Of a stretch of DNA of 57,712 nt, positions 12,263 through 23,682 are shown one piece after another. Location: contig JAUGWO010000022.1 in the NCBI GenBank assembly GCA_049724395.1, forward strand, positions 1 to 57,712, read 5' to 3'. Both the position numbers and the translations under genes were made by a program. The notes below the pieces were generated by a model. It saw nothing but the letters and a program-made list of their open reading frames with translations. It did not search any database and had not been told where the DNA came from. Source of the DNA: Spongospora subterranea f. sp. subterranea (lineage: Eukaryota). The first letter of the stretch is position 1, and the number at the start of each line of letters is the position of its first letter.

Positions 12263-14622
12263 ATGATCGTGGAGTCGTTTGGGCCCAGATCCATTGAGGC
12301 AAATCCGGATTCCGTTTGTTGGGCCGATCTTCCACCCGTACCCGCCCATTCCATGTCATCACATGTCGACCAGGATGCTGCCTGGGATGCGCTCGACACG
12401 TGTGTTCATTGGCGGCAGTTGGTCGACCTGCACACCCACTTATTGGGAATGGGATCAGCCGATTTCTGGGTTGATCGGATCATGATCACCTATATCCCGC
12501 GAATATCCCAATCCGATATCACGACCGAGACATCCCTGACCAGACACCTTGTCAGATTGCTTGCCGACCAGCTCCACGAGAATATCGCCCGTATCAGGTC
12601 GTCCTTGACAAGGTTTATGGCCGACCTGCGCCATGGTCAACTACGTTCAGATCGGTATTGCTTCGGTTTCAATCAATCTTTCGATAATTGTGGACCGCCC
12701 TCGATCCAATCGTTCATTGATCTATACACTAACGATGTTGTCTATGATGAAGACGCCATGTTCCTTCTAATCGGGAAATCCATCTCCTCACCCAGATCTA
12801 AACGCCGCCGCACGATCCCCTACGAAACGGGTGTCTCAATCGTTCACGATCGGTTTCCCGACAAGTTCAAAGAGTATATCGTGTTCAACGCGCGACGTCG
12901 CCAATTCCAGCGACTCGTTGGCGTCCGCAATACCGATCTTGTCCAAATGTTCAAAAGCAGTCGGGCCCTGGTCGCCAATGTTCGCAATTGTTTCTCGATG
13001 TTGAACTCGAACGGAACACAGCCAGATGAGGCGACATTAGAGACCTATCGTGATCGATTCACCCCCGAATTCTATCCGAATCGGTTCCGGATGAAGGATT
13101 GTATTTATGGGCAACGACTGGAGGTGTTATCGATACTGTTGAACAATGTCGTCAATCGGTACGATCGTGCTGGCGTTAGTTATGTTGAGTTCTCAATGGG
13201 GGTTAATGACCTCACCAATTGTGATGTCTGGAAACATCTCATCACCGGCGTCTTCTCAACCGACGCCACGAAACTGTTGAAATCGTCAGCGAAGCGAAGG
13301 AACCCGCCAACGACGAACAAACCGATTCGCTGCGTTTCGCCCAATGAAACCGCCGACAGCGATAATATGGGCGACGAACATGCTGTTGATGAACAAGATA
13401 ACGCGATCGTTCCTCAATCACAGATACAGTTTCGCCAGATCAAACCGATCGCCAAGGCAAAATGGGCCAACGTTCTGGGAATGTACCACCCGAAACCGAG
13501 AAACTTTCGTTATGGGTTTCTGGCGGCGTTTAATCGTGCTGGAGCTGTGGTCGATGGGAAACAGTTCGGTTCCGGCAATGACGCTAAGGATTTCCTCGCT
13601 CTGGATAATGGGCGTCGGGCTCGATCACTCTGTGATACCGATGCCAACATCGAGATGGCGTATCCCCATATATTCAGGTTGTTGTTTGTTAACTGGAAAT
13701 CGCCTCGCTCATTTGAAATCTCTCCAAATATCGATTTTTGCGATGTTTTTGTCATTAGCTGGTTTGACCTTGTTGTCTCCGCCCTCGAACTGTTTTCAAT
13801 ACTGATTCCGCAAACGACATTTGCTTTTCTCCCAATGTGCAATTCGCCACCAAAGAGGCGTTTACGTCCAGCGATCGACACTCATTGGTGATGTTCAGGG
13901 AGGGAAGTCCTCTGCGAATAGTACAAGATCAAGTGATGAACGGTGAGGGAACGCTTCATGAACATTGGAAGAACTACGTTGTTGGTCTAGATTGGGTAGG
14001 TGATGAGGCCGGATATCCATATTGTGCATTGGCCCATTCCGATTTCGTTGGCCCCGAGGGCATCGTTCATCACATGCGTCGCCGGCATCAGCCGCGATTC
14101 GGCGTCCGTGTTCACTGTGGTGAATCCCTCCCGCTCCCGCCTCCGGATCGCCAGTCCATATTGTGGGTGATATTCGAGACCCATTTATCGATCGTCCTCG
14201 ATGCGCTTCAGCGAATTCACAAAAATATCGAGCGGAACTTACGCGTCGGTCATGGCGTTGCGTTCCTGAACCAAGTTAGTGAAACGGCGGCGCGATCGCG
14301 ACGATTTCTAAAGGATAAGAACATCGTTTGTGAGGTGAATATGACCAGTAATCTGTTTCTGGTCCTGTCGCCGACACATGAGAATGGGCGACAAAATGGT
14401 CATGGCGATTGTCTGACGGTTAAAGAGTTTATAGATGGCGATATTGGTGTTGTGATCAGTACCGATGATGATGGGGTATGGATTATCAGGAAGTGCACAC
14501 CACATTATCATCACATATCGGTGGCGGGGGAATATTGTAAAGCGATTGCGGCTGGGGCCATTACCACATCCGACCAGGTACTAAACTTGATCAAAACCAG
14601 TCAACAAGCGACATTCTTCTGA
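12263..14622 (+). CDS. adenosine/AMP deaminase-family metallo-amidohydrolase (two frames joined by a probable intron or a frameshift)
   Basis: VDLHTHL, YVEFS, VVGLDWVGDE, VHCGE, RVGHGV, CEVNMTSN and ISTDDDG motifs. A phase-2 intron 13678-13871 or 13678-13898 would join the frames. Confidence 0.8.
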
Positions 14623-15085
14623 ACAACATCATTACACTATCACAACGGGGCCGACTCTTTCAAATAGAGCACTGTATTATGAGAATGTTGTTTGTGTGAA
14701 AGGCCATCTAGAAAGGACAATCTAACACCCCTGAACATAGAGTAATCTGACAATGAATACGATGTCACAGTGTATTGGATATCGAATGAATCAATTGAAC
14801 CAGAATGGAGATGATATCGTTGAGATCAGCAGAGCGAATCTCCCCACACAGGATATTATCTGGTCATTGGACGGACGACATCCGATAGAGGGATCGATAT
14901 AGGTCTATTGTGATAATCACTGAAACTGCAATAAGAACAAGATGACGCCAAGTCACTGAAAACGACTGGAGCGCAATATCCGATGAAGAACAGCGGTGAT
15001 TGATTGGCAATGAATACGATCCAGAGGAGGATGTGCGTTGAACATGAATCGGAGATGGACGGAAAGGTCCTTTATTGGTGTCGTA

Positions 15086-15811
15086 ATGCGGTTTATAGTC
15101 TTGGTGTTAATAGGGATGTTGGCGACCTCGTTGGTTGCCGATCATTGCACGGCCATGGCTGTACATGAATTATTGGGCTGGGCGGCAGCGGCTGCTAAGC
15201 CAGCTAGTGATGTGGCTCGGTCAATAATTGACTATTTCAAGGTCCGGCAGCAGTCTGTTCGAGAAGTGGAACGCGCTCGTCTCGCGAAAAAGCAGGCCGA
15301 AACATTACTGGAGAAGAGCAAGTTTGAGACGGCGAAGGCGGCGGAACTGAATCAGTCGGCTCTGGAGAATAAACTTGAGCGAGCGTTGCACGAGAAGAAG
15401 GCGGCATTGTCGGCGGCAGATGTGAATGACGCGCGACTGCAGGAGACACGTCGGGAGCAGGAAATGATGCAGCTGGACCTGCAGAAAAAGAAAAGCGATA
15501 TCGAAGCGATGTATCTGTCGAAGATACAGGAACAGACCGATCGAATCAGGGCCGAGACCGACTCAAAAGTGAACCTGTACCGTCTCCTGACCCTATTGGT
15601 CCTTGGATTCGCCAGCTACCTGTTCTACCGCCTTCACCACCTCCAGCGCCGTAATCACGCGACCTTACTGGCGCCAGATCTGGTCAAGACGGGCCCACGT
15701 TACATCACACGAACGGGTCACGTAACAACACCCCAGACTGGTGGCGATACTGGTAACGCAGCGATGAAGTCCAATGGGAAGGCCGAGCCCGCAATCGCTG
15801 CCGCATCGTGA
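15086..15811 (+). CDS. hypothetical protein: signal peptide, coiled coil, C-terminal TM helix
   Basis: MRFIVLVLIGMLATSLVA leader, E/K/A/Q-rich heptads, LLTLLVLGFASYLFY TM segment. Confidence 0.7.
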   Translation: MRFIVLVLIGMLATSLVADHCTAMAVHELLGWAAAAAKPASDVARSIIDYFKVRQQSVREVERARLAKKQAETLLEKSKFETAKAAELNQSALENKLERALHEKKAALSAADVNDARLQETRREQEMMQLDLQKKKSDIEAMYLSKIQEQTDRIRAETDSKVNLYRLLTLLVLGFASYLFYRLHHLQRRNHATLLAPDLVKTGPRYITRTGHVTTPQTGGDTGNAAMKSNGKAEPAIAAAS

Positions 15812-16042
15812 TCAGACACGATCGGGTTCGACACGGGGGGGGGGGCAATTCGATAATACAGTGGTTTATCGACTCATTTCGATATTCGTTATTGACGGGA
15901 ATTCTCAATATTAAGGATTCGTTCTCAACAAAATAATCAGTTTCGGTATTTCCGTTTTTCGCGTGTTCGGAGAGTTGTTTCTGTCAAATGTCCCCGAAAA
16001 TTGGGTTTTAGTTGAGGTGGTATACAATGGCGAATAATATAT

Positions 16043-16593
16043 CGATCTTGTCCAAATGTTCAAAAGCAGTCGGGCCCTGGTCGCCAATGTTCGCAATTGT
16101 TTCTCGATGTTGAACTCGAACGGAACACAGCCAGATGAGGCGACATTAGAGACCTATCGTGATCGATTCACCCCCGAATTCTATCCGAATCGGTTCCGGA
16201 TGAAGGATTGTATTTATGGGCAACGACTGGAGGTGTTATCGATACTGTTGAACAATGTCGTCAATCGTTACGATCGTGCTGGCGTTAGTTATGTTGAGTT
16301 CTCAATGGGAGTTAATGACCTCACCAATTGTGATGTCTGGAGACATCTCATCACCGTCGTCTTCTCAACCGACGCCACGAAACTGTTGAAATCGTCAGTG
16401 AAGCGATCGTCAGTGAAGCGAAGGAACCCGCCATCGACGAACAAACCGATCCGGTGCGTTTCGCCCAATGAAACCGCCGACAGCGATAATATGGGCGACG
16501 AACATGCTGTTGATGACCAAGATAACGCGATCATTCCTCAATCACAGATACAGTTTCGCCAGATCAAACCGATCGCCAAGGCTAAATGGGCCA
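16043..16593 (+). pseudogene. partial duplication of the deaminase gene (~12934-13470)
   Basis: Near-identical sequence with a 15-bp internal duplication (SSVKR x2); fused to a Copia fragment. Confidence 0.9.
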
Positions 16594-16880
16594 ATATGGA
16601 TCAGGAACACTGACCATTAGACGCAACCCTACGATTGAGATCAAAGACGTTCTATTCGTTCCAGGTATAACCACAACGTTATTGTCAACTAAGGCCTTCA
16701 CAGAGCAAGGTTTAACAATAGTCATAAAAGACAAGCTCGAAATTATAGGGAATTACGGAAAACCGATAATAGAGACCGTCGAAAAGGACGGCATGTGTTA
16801 CGTAAAGGCCATCAAGACTCTTCAGGCAAACAGACCCTGACGCTGCAACAAGCGCATAGGACGTTCGGCCACGCGTCAAT
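16594..16880 (+). mobile_element. Ty1/Copia protease to GAG-pre-integrase fragment
   Basis: GSGTL..IKDVLFVPGITTTLLS and HRTFGH motifs. Confidence 0.75.
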
Positions 16881-17326
16881 CCGGTCGGATGGATTCGGTG
16901 GGTGTTCGAGGTAGGAATCCAAACTCATTATGGTAAATTGCATTTCCAATTTCCGCTTGAACTCGTGCCAGTTCGTTCCGTTAAATTGGGGTATAAGTTT
17001 CAACCCAGAGTTGTCGTACTGACTTCTTCGGTCAGCCAGTGTGCAGATTGAGTCTGTCTTTGACTCGGGCTGGTTGTTTGGCTGTGTGTATTTCCATCTT
17101 GTGGTTGGTTGACGTTGTTGTCATTTCTTCCGTTGCGGGTTTCTACCATTCTGTAGCAGGGTGGGACTCTTAATCTACTAGACGATAGTGGTAGTGGTCG
17201 ATGGTAACGATAATGAGTACTATAGAAGAGTGACGTTTATTGTCATTGATGATGTGTTTAATACACATAGTTGAGTCATGCTTATCAATGACTCAACATG
17301 AATCATGCGGAAGATGAAAATATCGC
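16880..17326 (-). mobile_element. Ty1/Copia 5' end: LTR, PBS and gag N-terminus
   Basis: LTR ~17176-17326 is the reverse complement of 19415-19580; PBS 17161-17175; gag IPQFNGTNWHEFKRKLE. Confidence 0.8.
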
Positions 17327-17354
17327 AACCGTAAGGCGATATTTTCATCTTCCG

Positions 17355-18862
17355 AAATGAACGACTACAGCACTTATCTTCAGCCACATCAACAACGGAC
17401 GGCATTAAAATCAACAGCAACGAACGAACATTCTGCGACAGTTGCGCCTACTGCCTTGATTAGGTCATCAATGGTCTTTGGAGACTTTTGGTACTGCAAG
17501 GACTGAATGGCCCGAAAAAATCCCAAATCTAAAACGTTCAGGTCTGGACTAATTGCTGGCTGGAACGTTAATTTGATTTCAAATCCGTCTTTGGCCGCGT
17601 CCACGTTAAATTCTGCATCAGATGGATCGAGATGAGGTTTTGCATTGTCCTGTTGCAAAAAGATCGGCTGCGACCAGTCCCGGGGCCATTTCGAACGAAT
17701 TGCAGGCATAATGTCATGAATCAAATGTCTTCGGATCACATCCTTGTTAACTGATTCAATGGGTTTAGTCACCATAGTGCCTGCAGGACGATTCTTGCTG
17801 CTCCTTTTGGCAGGCTCTTTGAAAACAAATGGGAAAATGCCTATTTTCCCAGAAAACCATCGGTTCCGCGACCGGTCCCATCTTGGTCTTGCAACTGCTG
17901 CCATAAACATTATCTTCTCTATAAACCGCTTACTTTTACACGTGCGGTAAGGCTCAGTCTCATCGGATGCTAAGTAAATTCGCTTGTTTGTTTCTGTCAT
18001 GAAAACCCACTTCTCGTCAATGTGTACCACATTCATCATGTCATGGAAGACTGGTTCTGCGGCTTCATATATGTTCACCATCGAAATACAGAATCTGAGT
18101 CTTTCAAGCTTATTAGCTTCAGTTAAATATGGTTTCAAAGCGTTCGAATGAGGTTTAAGAATGCCTTGTTTAGAGACTGATACATTCAAAGCGCAAGCGA
18201 TTGATCGAATATTTGTTCGCTTCTGCAATGGAATTTGTTTTACTTGCTCCGGCGTGATGACCGTTTTCTTCCTTCCAACACGGCCTCGTTTTTGGATGAA
18301 ACTTCTGCTGGGCCTGTTCCAAGGATAGAAGACTTTTTGCCTTGATTCCAGATTCGACTGACAGTTTTTCTGGCAACAGAAAAATTGGCGACTTGGCAAC
18401 AAGATTGAACCGCGAGCAAGTTTTCCTGCGACACTCATTTTCAAACGCTATTCATAAACGACACGTCTTTGACTATCTGTAACGTTTGTTTTCCCTTTTC
18501 TGTGTGCGAAATCTGCATCAACGATAAGATTTTCGAAAACTTGTTGCTCTCCATCAATGGTACTTCTCAGCGACTTGATGTTTTCACAGGGCAAATTCGG
18601 ACCTACTCCTGGTGCAGACATGTTTTTACAAGAAAACTCGGCTATGTGAAAGCAGCAGTGCCGTTGGAAGTTTCGGACGAATACCCAACTTTTACCTCGG
18701 CGGTTTTAAGGCAAGAATTTATTGCTGGCGCTTCAAGATTGGACAAAAACTGCACCTATGCTTAATATTCCAATGCATGTTGAAATCAACTGGGTGGCGC
18801 TAAAAATGGCCTTAATCCACGCAGTTGTTTGAAATGGGACTCTTATTTCCGAACAGAGGGAA
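17355..18862 (-). mobile_element. DD39D mariner-like transposon, one TIR retained
   Basis: ORF 17389-18444 with HIDEKW, QQDNAKPH and SPDLNVLDLGFF (39 residues between D2 and D3). Stowaway-like terminus acagagggaa followed by TA at 18853-18864. Confidence 0.92.
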
Positions 18863-18864
18863 TA

Positions 18865-19580
18865 CTACACAAGAACTTGGGCTTCACTTTACAAAAGGTT
18901 CATCAACTATTTAAGGATACGCCGACAGCGATTTTGCCGGTGACAAAAACGACCGCAAATCGACGACTGGAAGGATTTACAAAATAGGCAACAAAACTAT
19001 TTCATGGAAAAGTACAAAGCAGAAAGCGGTAACCTTATCTACCACAGAGGCCGAATATATGGCCGCGTGTGACGCCACAAAGGAAGCGATCTGGTTGCAA
19101 GACCTATTAGCGGAACTACGTATCATCACAAACAAGAGGTCCATCCTCCATCAGGACAACCAGGGAGCGATTTTTCTTCAAACCAACGACTGCAATAAGT
19201 CAAGAACCAAACATGTGGATATCAAGTACCATTTTATCCGGGAAAAGATCAAGGAAGGCCGGATCAAAGTCGTATACTGCCCAACTGAAACAATGATTGC
19301 GGACCTTTTTACAAAACCATTGAGCGAGCAGAAGTTCGAAACCCACCGACACAAGATTTTAAACACCGAACTAGCTCCAAATTCAATAGCGAAGGTGCGT
19401 ATTAACCGTAAGGCGATATTTTCATCTTCCGCATGATTCATGTTGAGTCATTGATAAGCATGACTCAACTATGTGTATTAAACACATCATCAATGACAAT
19501 AAACGTCACTCTTCTATAGTACTCATTAAAGTTACCATCGACCACTACCACTACCACTACCACTACCACTATCGTCTAAT
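18865..19580 (+). mobile_element. Ty1/Copia RNase H, PPT and 3' LTR
   Basis: YADSDFAGD..DRKSTTG, LSTTEAEY, DNQGAI, RTKHVDIKYHFIRE, MIADLFTKPL. Purine-rich agcgaaggtgcg, then LTR tatta...taata ~19400-19580. Confidence 0.9.
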
Positions 19581-19589
19581 AAAAACCAC

Positions 19590-19972
19590 GTTCCAGGTAA
19601 CAGATGGTGTTCGCAATATAGACCAGAACTGTTGACCAGAATATTAGGAAGAATGTATTACGATTGGTAGGATCATATTAGGTACGGTAGTACAGGGGTA
19701 GAAGTGTTCATATCTTGATACTCACCTTCGCTTCAACCTTTGTCAGTATTATTATATCTGCATAATGGATGATTTGAATCGTTTGAATGCAGGTTCATTG
19801 ATGGGTTTAGTGAATATGTCCGCCATCATATCTGTTGTTGGACAATAGATGATTTCTATTTCCTTTTGTTGCACCTTTTCGCGAACGAAATGATATCGAA
19901 CATCGATATGCTTGGATCGTTGGTTCGAGCAATTGTTCTTTTCGAGAAAAATAGCGCCCTGATTATCCTGTG
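19590..19972 (-). mobile_element. second Copia RNase H 3' end with PPT and LTR start
   Basis: QDNQGAIF, RSKHIDVRYHFVRE, MMADIFTKP; gcgaaggtgag followed by TATC. Confidence 0.85.
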
Positions 19973-19989
19973 TCCGGAGTTTTGTTTTA

Positions 19990-22900
19990 GTTCTAATACA
20001 GACCTCGTTTGTCCACAATCGTGGGTGTGTTGGCGACCCGAGTCCAGGCTCGTAATTCCTGAGACGCCAGCACAGTTCAGGCTGCGGAACCGGCACATGA
20101 ACTCCGGACAACAGACGGGTCTGATCCGTCTCATTCCCCTCCTTTCATCCGGAGAAACTCCAAAATGTCTTGAAATTTTCGGTTGTCTTTCTGGAGAAGA
20201 GTTTTAACATGAGTCGGACATTCAACCAACAAATGCTCGAGTGGTTCCCAGGTATCAAATTCCTGGGTGAAACCAAACCACCTAATCAATAAAACCCATG
20301 ATCCGTCTTTCTCCTTACGAACATCCATGATCTCTTGAACTTCGAAGCCTGTGTTATCATGAGCTATTTGAGTTAATAGGTCGGTAGTTACGTTCAAAGA
20401 CGAATCTGCATAAAACTTGATGCGTTGACAATGCACTTCAGAGACTTGTCTGGTAACTAGATCTTCCACTTGAAAAACAAAATCTGACACTGCTCCTTTG
20501 ATACGTGCAGGTCCATGCCATTTGAAGTTTAGCTTGCCACCCAGCTGACGTTGTGGCATAGCGTAAAGTACAAAATCGCCTACAGCAAATTGGCCTTTGG
20601 GGCGCGCTGAAGTCGGTTATGTCGCCGTCGTGTTTCTTCTCGAACACGGGAGACCTCACGATGCATATCGGCAAAACTATTTCTTAGCTTAACAACATGA
20701 GCATCTAAATCCTTTGTTGATAGCACGACGTGTATAACTTTCGACCTGTTGGGGGACCAGATCGCATCTAACGGAGACGATGGCTCTCTGCCCGAAAACA
20801 AGGTTATTGGAGCAAAACCAAATGAGGGTGAGATCGAGTTATTCAGGGAAAAACGAACTAGCGGGAGGAGTGTAGGCCACTCATTGCGATGTAGTCGCAT
20901 TTCCGAACATAAGCTTCTCAACACTGACAAAACGTGAGAGTTTGCCGTCTCAACGCCACCATGAGACCACGGCGTGTACGCTAAATGAAAATGATGGTTA
21001 GCATGCAATGCCAAACATAGTTCTTCGATCACACAATTCAAGAAATGAGAGCCTCGATCGGAAACCCAAATTTCGACAATTCCGAACCTGGTAAACCAGT
21101 CCAACAGAGAGGAAGCTGTGTGCGCTGCAGTGGGCTCAATTGCGGGAAAAAGATCGATGTAACCGGAGAATCGATCCCTTACTACGAGAATCTGTTTGAA
21201 CATCAAACAGGACGGTCCGATGAACAAATAGTCGAAATCAATAATGCTGTTCGGACGGGTTGCTTCTGCAGATGCGCCGAATGCTCGTGGAATACGCTCC
21301 CCTTGTTTTCCGGGAAGACAGTGCAGACATTTATCCACAAACTCAAACGTATCCTTTCGAATGGTTCTCCAAAAAAACCGGTTAACTAGTGCTTGATAAG
21401 TTGAACGCCGTCCACGATGTCCTGACGAGCCACAATGAGCTATGATCATTAAACGAAGTTGCAATTGAGCGTCATCCAGAGGGATGTACACGATGTCTGT
21501 CTCAGAAACATATATGCCAGAAACGTTCATGACAAAAAAAATACCCGCTTCGTTGATTTCGCTTGCTAGATTCGCAGCTTGCTGGCTGGTGATAATTTGG
21601 TCAACGGTCGGCCACTCGAAATCTGGTTGCTGAAACGGTGCTACAATACCGGGAGGAACGCGAGGTTTGCTCGATAGAGAACAAATGCGGACTGGAACTG
21701 AAGGAGGGGGTGCGGCCCATCGGGATAACATATCAGCCCACACATTGAGTTCGCCAGGAATATGTTCAATGGTGTAATCTAAAGCCTCCATCCGTATTGA
21801 CCATCGATGAATCTTATCGAGGGTATGTTGTCTAAGTGGAACGCTGGACGAGCTTGGATCAAATATAAACATCAAATTCCGATGATCTGTAAATATATGA
21901 AAAGGTTTTTCAGAGATTAGCAGATAATCGAAACGCTGAACTGCGTCAACGATGGGAAAAGCTTCCTTTTCAGGTATTGCCCACCGAGCTGCTGGACCCT
22001 TGAAGGAACTTGAGAAAAACGCGAGAGGCTCGTGAGACTGCTTGTGCAAAGGCAATCGAAGAGCATCGGACTTGACCTGGGTCACGATTATCGAATAAGA
22101 AGAGTGAAGCATCGGTAAACACGCAACGATCGTAGTCGTCACGGGGATGAGCTAAAATTGCAGAATGCGAAATTGCATTGTTAGTGCCTTTAAAAGCCTC
22201 TTCATGTTCGTTAGTCCAGAACTGATCGGTTATGACAATTCGCCGAGCCAAAGATTTGGTACGTCGGGGCGTTGCCTGCAAAAGAATATCTAACAAATTC
22301 CTCAATGGCTGAATAAACCGTTCAAAATCTATGATATGAGGACTCAACCATGTTGCCGCGCAAATAAACTGCATCAGATCGGCTGCTGTGGCAGGACGAG
22401 GCATATTAACGAACGATCGGGATCGTGACGACAACCATCCGATGAGTATAACTTCCCGCAGTATTTCGCTTCCTTCAGGAAGAACTTGCATCTGGATGCG
22501 TTCAGTTTCAAACCGTAGTCAGCGCAGCATTTGAAGATCTTGAGTAAAACTGATAATAAACTATCTTCATCCTGTGCATGTACTAATAAATCATCAATCC
22601 AGATTAGTAGTTGTTGCATCGACAGTTCGGGCCTAAAAATCTGCTCCATGCCTCTCTGAAACGCGAATACGGAGTTAGTATTCCCCTGTGGTAACCTGAG
22701 AGGGGTAACGATACCGAGAGGAGTCATCATTGACTGAGACTCAACAGCTCCAGTAATCGGAAATTGCCAAAAACCTTTAAAAGCATCCAAAACTGCGAAT
22801 ACCTTCGACGTCGATAGGTATGATCCAACCATACTCAGATGCGGCATAGGCCAAACGCAACGCTGGATCATCGAATTGGGAACGCGAAGATCAACAACGG

Positions 22901-23180
22901 AACGAAGAGTCCGGTTTTCACCATTTTTGGCCACGCAGAAAACAGGTGACGCCCACTGAGATTTGGGATTGAGATACACGAATCCGAACTCTATCAACTG
23001 CTTGAAATGGTCTTCCAAAAATCTTTTATGCAATGGTGGTTGGCGACGAGGTTTACACAAAACTGGAACAGCGTCATGTTTCAATTCCACAACTATCGGA
23101 TCCACATTAACTGGCGGGTCAGGACCAAGATTTAATCGGAAAACATCCTGATATTCCTCGAAAAGGTTTGACAAACCCGA
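19990..23180 (-). mobile_element. Ty3/Gypsy pol (RT-RNase H-integrase-chromodomain), frameshifted, with PPT and LTR start
   Basis: WASPV, LDAFKGFWQ, WIDDLLV, FTDHRNL, HHCC zinc finger, SDRGSHF, chromodomain LIRWFGF..DTWEP. Confidence 0.92.
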
Positions 23181-23682
23181 ACAGAAACAGCAGAAACGTT
23201 GGTCCTTGCATCATCGCATATCTTTTCCAAAACAGCTTATCCTTCGACGCCAGAGTTTGTACAATAGAGAGATTAAGCTTGCCACGCAATTTGGATTGCG
23301 TGAAGCAATGGGGCTACTCAAAATGAGCGCAGCCTTACTTGAATTGCGGACGCATTTTGAATTAAACTTGCACGCAATACATTTTGCATCCAAAAGCGCG
23401 CCAAAATTAAAGCGGCTCGTTAACGTGATGCCAGCCATGCCAACAAAAGGCCCTCTTTATTCGTCATTTATCAAATCGTCATGTTGCAGTCAATCCGTGT
23501 TATGCGCTCAGACGATATTATGCATTTAGACCGTGCGTTTCTTCGTGAACGTGGAGCCGCTCGTCTGCCCGTGGGGGGCGATATGGGCCTCACTGGCATA
23601 GACGACGTCAAGGACTGCTTCGACGTAGTCAAGGTTGCCTTCGAGGTTCTTGATAACGACCAGCTCGGCAGATACTGGTGGT

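Noticed and set aside
13670..13836. Internal inversion explaining the deaminase frame break (open minus-strand frame)
   Set aside because: A length-preserving inversion cannot reconcile the two frames; an intron or indel is simpler
17161..17175. tRNA-Lys gene
   Set aside because: Only the anticodon-arm match is present; no cloverleaf, and it lies at the PBS position
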